NCBI GenBank assembly: GCA_964187785.1
Contig: OZ076409.1
Coordinates: forward strand, 24,430,001-24,494,000
Direction: 5' to 3'
Length of the DNA stretch: 64,000 nt
DNA from: Amphiscolops sp. MND2022
Lineage: Eukaryota
Each line of letters starts with the position of its first letter. Position 1 is the stretch's first letter. Below, piece by piece: positions 50,136 to 61,462 of the stretch. Position numbers and translations under genes: made by a program. The notes under the pieces were generated by a model. That model worked only from the letters and a program-made list of their open reading frames with translations, ran no database searches and was not told where the DNA came from.

Positions 50136-50899
50136 AGATGAAAAAATTGTTTTATTTAGAGGATATTTTTTTCCGGTGACGTTTTCGTTTATGATTTTAG
50201 AATCTAGCGTGTAACTGAAAGTTTATCTATGATACAGTTTATTTTTTCACTTTTCTACTTATTGAAAAAGCAATGAGACCAGATGACAGCTAGTGTTGAA
50301 TCTATGTTTAATCTTGTTCATTTATCGATGTATGTTACTCGAGCTATACATCAAAAAACTTTTTTCCATTTTCTTTTCGAATGAAACGTCTGTCTTCATG
50401 TTACTACCTTGAAAGCTCCGATTGACGATAATAACACGTAGTACCTTTGAAGACGTCTTCAAAGATTGGCCGTCACGGAAAAAATTGACAAAAAATGCTC
50501 TGATATCTAGAACACTAGAGAAAGTGCCTGACAATAAAAAAGCCAGACAATAATTTTTTTCAATTTTTGTATTGTTTCTACGTACGATTGCCAAAAATCT
50601 CGTCGCCGGAAATTTCATCCTATAAAACGTCGCATCAATCTATCTATTCTCTTTATCATCTCAAAACGTTCATCTAATCTATCAGGAATCGTCTATTTTT
50701 ATTGAGTCAATTCATCCTAATAATTATCGTTTGATTACGTAATGAGAGCTCTATTTTGAATGATTGACAAAAAATGAAACAATATCAGCGCTTTGTTTAC
50801 AAATATTACGATTCTGAGAAACAAAATTATATGTATTCCGTTTAAACTTACCAATGCTTATCGTCAGCTCCCTAAAAATTTGCTCTTAAAAGATTTTGA

Positions 50900-51723
50900 T
50901 TACCATAAAACTCAACACAAGAAAACTCAACACACGAAAACTCAACACATTTTAAACATTTATTAATCGTGATATACACCGTTTCAACGTTGACTGAAGC
51001 ACATCAGATACTAAATGAACAACCAGTAGAAATTGATAAGCTTGATACAGCAAATCTCATTTAATATGAACGAAATCGTAGCTTGAATGAACGAACGCCG
51101 CATACGATTTTGTGTACATGTAGAATTCTTTGGTCAGCGTTTGTTAAATTTGAAAGCGTCGTTGGTGATTCTTATTTGCTAACTCACTTGGATGCTGATA
51201 TTGTTCACTTGATTTTTGATTGTAAAGCACTTTTAGTTTGGTTGCCGGTGATTGGCTGAAAATTTGGAACGAAAGACGAGACGATTCACTTAACATCTTA
51301 TATGCTTCACTCAACGCGGAAACGGTGAATATTATACATCTATATTCCTTTTTTCTAAAATATTTGTGTTTGCGTTTACACTTTTTCTATCGTTTTGTTT
51401 CATGGTTTGGGCCAATGTAAACAACGTTTCAACAAGAAAACAGTTTAATATTGGAAAAAGCCACAATCATGACTAGGTGTAAAGGAAATTATACGTCTTT
51501 ATATGTCTTTGAAATGAGTCGCAACTGTGACCAAGTGTAAACGGAAATAATCCGGATTTAACAAATAGTTAGATTTCGGAAAACAGACTCAATTGAGGTG
51601 TTAACTAAAATTAAATAAATGTGTTGAAATGTGTTTGAGTTTTTGTGTTGAGTTTTCTGTGTTGAGTTTTCTTGTGTTGAGTTTTCTTGTGTTGAGTTTT
51701 CATGTGTTGAGTTTTCCGTACCC
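50900..51723. mobile_element. MITE with tandem AAAACTCAACAC subterminal repeats in inverted orientation
   Basis: Three AAAACTCAACAC at ~50907-50948 and about 5 GTGTTGAGTTTT at ~51645-51715. Confidence 0.6.
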
Positions 51724-51866
51724 CAAGGTTTCAGTTCGAGAAATTATCTTACAGCAATGAGGGACGCGCATTTTTTAGAAGCACAGTGGAATGGTGGCAG
51801 TATTTTCCCAGCTACAGGAACGTTTTTAAACTTTCATTCAGTTTCGCTGAAGTAAATGTTTTATTG

Positions 51867-52405
51867 AACAAGACGGGATCGTCTCAAGTCGGTGCCATAT
51901 CTAAGGCTCAAAAATATTCAAAGAACAACTATTGGAAACATTTGGAAAAATTATTTTTTTCAAAAAAAAATTTTTGGAATTTTTTTTCGAGAAAAGTATT
52001 TTTTTAGAAAATCGCACAATGCCGAAAAACTCAAAAAGAGGCCATTCAGGCTCATTAAACGTTTTTACAAACCGAAAACTTCAAAAAAAATGCAAGGGGT
52101 TACCCTCTGATAGAATTCGAAAATTATCGAAAAAAAGTCGCATAGTGCCGAAAAAAAACACGAAAAAAATCAAGCGAAGGAAAATCTTTGGTCTCGCATC
52201 TACTTTTGGAAGCATAAAAAATTTGTGGTTCAGTGCGAGAATTGAACCCACGATCTCCAGTTTCTCAGTAAATTAGTTGAACAAATGAACAAAGATTGTA
52301 AGAAAAGTGGACCATTCAGAGTGAGATTGTAGGCTGAAAAAGAAAAAAAACTACCCACTGTAATAGTCGGGCTTTTTTCCTTAAGGGAAAAGGCGCCGAC
52401 TAAAA
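51867..52405 (+). mobile_element. Helentron-associated / DINE-1-like element
   Basis: AACAAGACGGGATCGTCTCAAGTCGGTGC ... ATAGTCGGGC...GGCGCCGACTAAAAA; same termini as the 9220 and 18290 copies. Confidence 0.72.
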
Positions 52406-52584
52406 ACAGCCTGTATGCGTTCATGCTCCATGTTAAAAGTACCTGTTGTTTCACAAAAGGAGGGCAGGTGGAAAATACATGAAATGTTTTTCCCCATTTT
52501 TTATCTAACAGGTAAAATGGCGCTCACTGACATAAAACGGTATATCCCATAGGTCCGCGGAGTGAACGCCGAAAAAAATTCTGC

Positions 52585-53392
52585 TTTTTTAGGCGGGGGC
52601 TCTTTTTCGGATACTATCTCTTAACTTTTTTCCAGTTACTTTTTTGCCGGTGGCTCGGAAAAGACCTATGTTGACACAACTAACAACTCATCCCAGATAC
52701 TCCAATAGAGTGTCAATAAGAACGACAAATTTTTGCTTTCCCATACTCTTTTTGCGTTCCCCTAATTTTTTATTGATACAGCCCCAGCACAGGCCGAATG
52801 CGCTGATTACTTCACCAGGCTTCCCTGACCCAGTCAAAAAGATGATGACACCTTGCAAGAAATATTTTGAAGCAATATGGTTATGGAAATTTAGTGAGTA
52901 CAATAAAACAAATTTTAATCGGCGCTTCATAAAATGAAAAGCGAATATACTAGTGACTCTTTTTTTCAATACCCACGAACTGACCAGAATACTTCTACAA
53001 AGTTCTACGAATTGTTAGGCTGTCAAATTGAAACACTTTGTCCAAGGAACTGAAATATAAAAGTTGCTCCTTTTTTCAGCGTAACATACAATTTCGATTG
53101 AGATTAAAGGGTCCCCCTTCCAGTTTTTTTGAAATTGTAAGACTTTTTTCAAACTTTTTTTCTCCAAAAAGTCCTCGTGCAATTTTTTGATATTTTGCAA
53201 CAGAATGGATGTTAAAAATCCGAAAATGTTCCCCTTTTAGCGCTGCAGGGCTCGCGCTAGCGCCCCATGGCGCGCCCATTCGGTCCATTTTTTGAGTTTT
53301 TCGGGTACTGTAGAAGAGAATACTTGACACTTTGAAGTCCCTGTACTATTTTTGAGCCTTGGGTATGGTGCCGACTTTTGCCGTTCGCGACA
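52585..53392 (-). mobile_element. Related Helentron-associated element, minus strand
   Basis: TTTTTGAGCCTTGGGTATGGTGCCGACTT at ~53350-53378 is the reverse complement of the family 5' end, with the same A-rich/GGGGGACCC core. Left boundary uncertain. Confidence 0.5.
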
Positions 53393-54439
53393 TATTGAAA
53401 AACGTGTTGCCTTGTGTCACAGGCTGCCGCCTGTGACGGAAACCAATATCAAGTAGCTTCCAACATTTTCAACAAATTGCCACTTCCTCCAGGAGTTTTG
53501 CCACTACATAATTCATGAAATTTACCTAAGGTAAATGTCGTTTAAACTTAAAATATCTGCTGTATTTAGAATTAGCGAAAGTACCGTTAAATGCTGAAAT
53601 CACCTTGTAAGGTAAAAGGAAACGTGTTCGAATAGAACACCACTCATATATTTGACCAATCATATGCTAGCGTGCATTTAGTCGATTGGACCGTAGGTCC
53701 ACTGCTTGAAATTAGGTAATACCTGTGAAATATGAATATAGAACAACACAGATGATGATTTTCTCCCCCATTGAAAAGGTGGGTCGGACAATAATAACCG
53801 TTACTGATACTTGATTCTACTGCTAAACTTGAAAGGCGTGCCGCCATTGCCCCATTCTAATTATTTATTCAATTTAATTAGCGTCATGAAACCGTTTTTA
53901 GCTTTAAACCTGGAAGATGTTATTGTGACGTCAGGTCTAAAAATCAATTTTAATACGATGATTTTACAAGGTCTCTAAAAATACAAGGTCCCTGAGGACG
54001 CGGCGACACAATTCAAAGGAATGTGACAGTAAATACTTTATACGAGCTGAAGTTTTGTACGATTTGATAACTCCATTCTGTTCTGTTTCTGTTTCATACC
54101 ATTGTCCATTAGTTGAATCAAGTTGCTAGTAATTACAACTCCAACAGTATAGTCTTCATTGAGTATTTATTTTCACAATGCCTCCAACGGGAAATTAGAA
54201 AGCCAAAAAGAAACGTTCTAGGCAGTCGGGCGTGATGTTTAATCTAGAGAAATTGGACATAATGTCAGGTGATTACTCAAAGAATGAATTAGATTGTAAT
54301 TTGGAAGTTAACTATATAGGAGTGAACCTTGACTCTGACAGACCTAGGGAGAACGTAGGTTGCCAAGGATACCATGTTATGCAAGATCGTGCCAAGCGTA
54401 CCATGTTTCACCATGACCTTGGTAACGATGCGTAGCGTT

Positions 54440-57400
54440 TGCGGAGCAAACCGTCGCGGGGCAAAAACCCTTGACAGCGAAAAGGCGGGCCGATCGAAGG
54501 TTCCGTAGGCGATCTTGACTGTGCAGATGCGGACAACTCCATCTCGCCCAAGGTGGGTGGCTGTGATCGTCCAAGAGGCCATATTCCACGACGTGTAAAA
54601 TTGCGCAGGATCAAAACAAGACCACCAACTCGTAGCTGAGGTTGGGCATTCGACCACATCGAGGATGAAGAGTAGGGAGGTATTCTTTCAGCAACCTCTT
54701 TCATATTTGGTTTGTCAATTTCTGAATTTCTTTCCATGTTTTAAACAAAAGTGGCTGTACAGAGCTGTCAAAAACTCCCGGAGGTAAATTGGCATAGGGT
54801 CGGTGTTGTAGGAAGTGGTTTGGCGTCAGTGGTTCTTCATTCTCCGGCTGATCGGCAACATGAGTGAGTAGGCGTGAATTTGGCATCAGCTCTGTTTCTG
54901 CTAAAACAGTGGTAAAGAAGTTAAAGTGAGCTTCTGCGATTCCAGTGTAATCAAAAGTGTTCACTTGCCTGTCTGGATTATCCTACCCCATGCTCCACCG
55001 AAATGAGGAACTCACGGTGGGGTGAGAACCTATGGTATAAAGGCAGCTGGCGGGAATCTTTCCATTCTTTGGAATAACTAATTCCTTCGTTCAAGCTGTC
55101 ATGGATGGAACGACAGGCACCAATAAAGTTGTTTCCATTGTCGGAGCGCAAAAGGCGAGGCTGTCCTTCCAGCGAGGAATCATCGAAGGGCGTTCAAGAA
55201 ACTGTCGCTAGTAAGGGAGGGACATGCTTCTGAATGGCCAGCTTGTGTTACTAGGCAATTCAAGATGATGCAATAATGTTTGTCGGATTTTCGGCCATTG
55301 ACGATGAAGAACGGGTCGAAAACATCAACTCCTGTTCCTGTTTTTTCGAACAGGAACGGATGATCGGCGGTGGGGAAACGATATGACGCATGTGGGGCCA
55401 TTTTGCTATCTACGTTTTGCGCGCGGAAACGACGACAAGTGAAGCATCTGTGACTCTGTGAGCGCAGCGCAGAACGGATTCCGAAAATCAAAGAACACTG
55501 CTCGAGAAACGTTTCAACGTATTCTGGCTAGTGTGATGACAGGTGACGTGATATTGCTGTACGAGGAGCTGTACGATGCGGTTGCAGGCGTCTAAAACGA
55601 TCGGAATGAGTAACGAGGATGGAAGAAGAGCGTACTGGAGGCGACCGGCGGAACGCAGGACGGCGTGTTCGTCCACAACTGGACTGTATAGTAGTTTCGT
55701 TTTTCGACGAAAGACTTTTCCTGTTATGCAATTGAGCTTCCGTCGAGGGAAAAGACTCAATTTTCAATTGTCGGAATAGCAGTTGCTGCGCATTGAAAGT
55801 CGTCAGTGGTTAGACTGCGGTCAGACGTGCGGTTTCGGAGGTGGCGGGAAAAAATTGCACACTTGAGTTGTTGTGCGAAGACGGAGAAGAATCCAAGAAT
55901 ACAGTCGACTGACATTTAGCAAAGTGATTGAAGTTTAGTTTTAGCGGCGGTGCAAAAACTTTCAGCGTGCGGTTGACGGCGGCGCTGCGGCCATTTATGC
56001 GGTGGTTGGGTCAAAAAAGAGGCGTTAAGTTCACTTTTGTTTGATAGCGTGAGTTTTAAACTTTTTGTGCCATAATCGGCTGGCTTTGAATCGATGGGTA
56101 CGTATTTCCAGTCAACAAAAGAAGTCAATTGTCTGATTTCGTTGACTCTGTTGGCGACAAAACTTTTCAATTTGTTGCGGAATTGGATCCAATCGAGGAC
56201 AACACAATTGTCGGTCCAAAGTGTAACTGATTGAAACTTTGTGGCGGAAGCTTTACGTTCGATTTGCAGCAAACGGACTCCTAGAACGGCGGCTTGAAGT
56301 TCCAGCTTGGGAACACTTTGTTGTTTGATGGGAACAACGCGGCTATTTGCTAGGACGAAACCGAGATTAGTAGTGTCGGAGGAGGCATTCAGTTGACGGG
56401 AAAATTTGACGACAGCGAAAGCGGTAATAGAGGCATCCGTAGAAACGTGCAGATCAACTGGTGTCGTTGATCAAAAAATGCGGCGTGGGATGGCGATGTG
56501 AGGAATTTGACGGTACTCCGCGACGAGTTTGTAAACGATCAGCTGGATGTCTTCTGGAATCTGATGACACCAACTCTGGCCACGTTTCCAGTGAATGATT
56601 GATAATTTTGAGTTTAATGACGAAAACGTGCGAGTAGACCAATCGTATCGAAAATTGAAGAAACGAGACTGAACAGCTGGGGTAACGTTGACGATGTCGA
56701 AGCGGGATTTGGCGGTGCGCTGTAAGTGTCGTCTTTCAGGGACAAGTTTGGACGAAGGACGCGTTTAGTCTCAACCGATGGTTGTTTTTTGGTTTCAAGT
56801 GATCGAGGGCTGCCGAATTGTTGGATGCAAACTTGGTTATGCAAAAGCCACCTCTAGATTAGACGGTTCGGGGGGCGGATGTCAGTTGGCGGGCGTCAGT
56901 AATTGATGGAAAGGACTTGATGAAGTGATCCATGTAAAGATCTTTCTGCACATTAGCATGTACGTGCGGAAAGTGGTCGCAATGGTCAAGGGAACGTTTC
57001 CGAAGGGCAAAAATGGCTCAAAATGGGGAAAATTTTCTACCAAACATCAATCAAGTATATTGATATTGGCGGATCAAGTCGGCTTCAGCAAAGGAAGCGC
57101 AAGGATTGATCGTCTGGGCGGATGGCGATTCGCATATCTGCTAAGACGCCAATGGCGTGTTCGCGGAATCGAAGAGTAAGCTCAAGGAGATCCATGAGCA
57201 GGTTTGGTCCGGTAAGAAGATTGTCATTTAGGGAAGCTCCTCTGAACACCGACGCTGCGCTTACTAACGGCAATTTTTGTTGTCTTGTTGGGGTTTTCGA
57301 CGGGATGATTTGGTAAGTACCAAATGTGTTCAGGTGGTGGATGAGTCATGATCTACTGGTACGATGTAGTTTTTCTGTAGATCGCTTTCGATTGTCGAGT

Positions 57401-59860
57401 GGCACTTCTGTAGTAACTCTGGTTTCCCTTTCAAGCACTTTTGTAGGCCGCGAAGCTGGCTCAAAGCAGCGAAGTATTTGTTTGGGAGAAATGAGTCAGG
57501 TTTCCACGACCAATTTCGTAAGCTTCGCCTGTATGACGAATCGTGTCTTGAAGCGTTCGAAGAGCTTGCTGCTCTTTCTAGTACAGTGTAAGATGATCTG
57601 GCGGTCCAATGGTTGTTTTTCTATGTTCCAGAAATGTTGGGGAAAATCGGCGTCCAGAGAGGTGTGAAGCGATTGTTCGGTACTAAGATTAGCGGTTGCG
57701 TAAAGAATGATAGAAATTATTTGTCGGCTTTTTTTTCTTCGGGGAACATAGAACTCACCAGCAAAGGTCTATCCAAGTTCATTTCGGATCACTGAAAGGT
57801 GGTTGGCAGAGCCTCGGATCCATTCAAGGGGGTAGGGAAAGGCTATACAGGCAGTTCCGAGAGAATCTCCGATGTGTCCGGTATTGATGTTCGGGAACCT
57901 AATGTGAGGTAAGTGAGGTGAGGATTAGCAAATTGTGTTACGTTCGTCAGTGTCGGCTGGAGGAGATTGACATAGTCGGTACAGAATGCATTCTCAACCG
58001 AAAATGTCTTTCCGTTGTCAGCGTATTGGGAAATTGTTTAGAGGTACTCAAGAAAAGAACGTTCAAGTTGAACGTTTTTTCAGTCTTCAGATCTATAGAT
58101 TCTGCAATGTTCCCAACGATGTATGTTCCCGTCCTGCCGGGATCAATAAAGGCGTAAGTGTTGACGATCCGTTTGCCATTCATGATTGAAACGAGCATGA
58201 ATTGCAAAATGACTAAAGATCGGCGGGTAGTTTGGTGTTATTGTTATTCAAAGCAATGGCGTTGAAATGGGGACTTTTCGCGCGGTTCGGCTGCTGAGAA
58301 CGGCGGCTATTCTGTAGGTCGTTTGATGGTTGAATTTTCTGAGTTGAGTGTGGGTGCTGGGTTGACTGGTGTCGCTATTGCGACCTGGGTTTGAGGATGG
58401 TTTACTTGTGTCGGCCCTGCGAACGGTTGACGAGAAGCGAGGTGCTGTTTCATCTACGGGATGAAGCGAAGTTTAGTGCAATGCGTTGCATCCAGGCTCA
58501 AAACAGTGATTGCGAGACAGGCAGTCACTTTTCTGGTGACTAAAACTGAGACAGTTGACGCAAAGTCGGTGTTTTTGGACGAGCGCAAGTTTATCGGAAG
58601 TAGATGCTTCGGAGTTTTGCGGGCAAGCAGCAACGAAGTGCAACTGGTTTCAAAGGTTAGTTTATGGTAGTTGGATGACTATACCAATTGTGGATGCATA
58701 TTGTCGAGTGGAGGTTGTAGATGCTGGCTGCTGTTGGAGGTCTGAGGCTGTTTCCAATGGTTGCTGAGGGTTTGTTGATGTAGAAGAGGTGGTAATTGTG
58801 GAAGTAGATGTATGGTTTGCATATTCGCTTGCTGTTGAAGTGCGATTAGGCTGCTTCCGATTGTGCTGGTGCAATGTTGTGGTTGAAGGCTGTTTCCAGG
58901 TGCTTGAGGGTTGTTGTTGCTAAAACACGTTGTTGTGGTGGTGACGGTACTTGAGTTTTTTGTTAGTTGTTTACTTCTGTTGTTGGGTTACTGGCGGACG
59001 GATGTCATTGGGAATGTTGTGTCTTCGACGTTGGCAAGATGATGGGAGAGCTCGTTGTCCGGTCATGTCTAAGATGTGAGTGGCTTCCTGATGAGTGGCA
59101 ACTGTAGAAGCGGGTTGTTGACTGTTGGATCTGCTACTGTCCATTCGCGTTGAGGTTGCAGATCGAGCTGCTTGTGTCGTAAACGCTAGCGAAGATTGGC
59201 TGTGACTGGCATGCGTGAGTTTTGTTGGTGGTAGGTTTTCAGTTTGGTTGGTAAATTGTAGAATTTGAAGCGACATGTCTTCTAAATCTAGAGAAACTGC
59301 TCCAATCCTGTAAGAGGCAAATGTGCAAACATCTTTTCTGCCTGTTCTTCAAATCTGCATGCAATAGTTTGCAACTGGGCATGATTTTGACGCAGACCAG
59401 CAGGATTTGACACGGTCCAATTTAGATGCCAGGTAACAGGATGCGTTATGAAACTTCCATTCATATAGTTTGAACGGGGTGGTGAGAGTTGCAATCTTCT
59501 GGTTGATCATCGTTGCTGTAGCTGTTGATCAAAAACAACCTAAGGGACTTACAGAGACCGAACGAACACGCTAGAAACAGCGAAGAACACAATGATCAAT
59601 GAAATGAAAAAGATACAATGCATATTGTTTACCTAATTCAAACGATCGGCAAGCAAGACAATGACGGCGATGAATGCGGAATGGACGAAGCGAGCGGCAC
59701 GCAAGAAGGTGTAACTGGGCTTCTGCTAGGCGACCCAAACTTATCGATCAAGACGAAGCTGCAAAGCTAGGACGGGACTGGACGACTCCATTAGAAGAGA
59801 CAACGCGCTCAGGCCAACCGTGCGTAAACGTGGTACGCTTGGTGTCGCGATTTTCTCAAT
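54440..59860 (-). mobile_element. Decayed BEL/Pao LTR retrotransposon (gag-PR-RT-RH-IN)
   Basis: Protease AFIDPGRTGTYI. RT SLNDNLLTGPNLL...RFREHAIGVLAD and FYMD. Pao RNase H VSTDAS, VPKLELQAAVLG, WTDNCVVLDWI and FVANRVNEI...PADYGTK. Integrase CFTC, GVDVFDPF, SDNG, PLTPNHFL and WPLGR...GRDGVVR. LTRs not confidently located. Confidence 0.88.
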
Positions 59861-60029
59861 AAATCTCTAATCAGAGTTTTAACTAATGTTTTTCGAAAGG
59901 CGCCTTTTTGTGCTCTTCTCTAATCAGAGAGAAAGAGTCAGAAAACTCAAAAAACCGGAAAAAATGGAAAACATTCCCTAACTTTCTGAAATGCAGCTAA
60001 GGTAAAAAGGAACTAGCAGTTTCGGAACG

Positions 60030-60415
60030 GACTCCAAGAAAAACGTCCAAAAAGAGCCCAGAAAAACGCCAAAAAAGCGCAGCAAAAAAAACGTCCAAAA
60101 AGAGCCCAGAAGAACACCAAAAAGGCACAGAAGAATGCCCAAAGGAGCCCGGGGGAACGCGCAAAAGGAGCCCAGAAAAACGCCCAAAAATGGCCAGAAA
60201 GACGCCCAATAAGAGCTCAGAAGTACGCCCAAAAAGGAGCCCAGAAATACGCCAAAAAGAGACCAGAAGGACGCCAGAAAGAGGCAAGAAGGACGCTCAG
60301 GAAAGAGCCCAGAAGAACACACAAAAAGGGCCCAGAAGAACGCCCAGAAAGAACCGGAGGGATTCCCAGTAAAAATTCTAGAAGGACTCTCAGGAAGGAG
60401 CCCAGAAGAACGTCA
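60030..60415 (+). repeat. Degenerate purine-rich minisatellite (~21-22 bp unit, AAAAGAGCCCAGAARAACGCC-like)
   Basis: Repeated GAGCCCAGAA and ACGCCCAAAAA blocks over ~390 bp. Confidence 0.75.
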
Positions 60416-61462
60416 AAGTTGAAGATCAAACGAATCCATATAAATAAAGAGATGGCCGTTCCAATTTCCCGGGATAACTTAAGCTGAGAAGGTGGAAAAA
60501 TCCACGAGGGCCAAACACTTACGAGAAAAGTCTCTCATTCTTATATATATGAGATTTTATATATAAATATATAAATTTATATAGATATTTATTTATAGTT
60601 TCTTTGGTTGAATTGTGGAAGCCAGATGCGAATTAAGACATGTTGACCAGGCTTTCCTAACTTTTCACCTAATTATTGCTTGAAATATTGAGTTGTTTAG
60701 TTGAATTTAGGCCATAATTTCTGAATGGAAGCAATGATCAATCTAAACGTGACCTTTTAAATCAATGAGTATGCGTCACAGTACGAAAATGTGAGAATGA
60801 ATACACTTCCTTATGCTGTTTGTGATTATTAATTATGCACCATTATGCGGAAAATTTCTGACGCATATACTGCAATATGCGGATTTTAACCACCGCTTAT
60901 GCGGCACCATGCGGAAAACAGTAATTTCCTTGATACGTTGTCACGGTGATATTTGCACGTCACTATGCGGAAAATCGCTGGCGCTTATGCGTCAATATGC
61001 GGTTTTCCGCGTTTCCCATCATACGGTGCTTTACTATTATTATATTGTCATTATTCGTTGATATGCGGAAATTTGAGACTGTATATACGTCATTGTGCAG
61101 TTGTCCAGGGTTTTTGTCGTAGCTGTACAATACTTGTTTCTGCTTGTCATGCAATGTATAATTAGAGTTATAAATAGAATTACGACACATGATGTAATTC
61201 TTTTTATAGAATATGAAGACCATGACACCCATAAAACCGGTGTAATCCCAACCATTTTTTCCTTGTGCTCAGGACCTTAGACCCCAATTATTCTTTGGAA
61301 TAACTCTCGTTGAAAACAGTTGATAAAACCCACACTCCAAACCACTGTAAAAGCAGTTTCTCATAACCAACAGTTGTCTCATTTTTAATTTGCTTTGTTG
61401 AAATTCTCAGCTGAATTCAAATTCTTCCCCAGCAAACCCAACACGTTTTTCACTTGAGAACA

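Noticed and set aside
59978..60429. Hydrophobic and basic repetitive ORFs on both strands
   Set aside because: Translation artefacts of the purine-rich minisatellite.
60830..61075. ATGCGGAAA repeats and a TGTCAC at 60939 as candidate start of the second Gypsy 5' LTR
   Set aside because: The partner LTR is outside the window, so the boundary cannot be verified.
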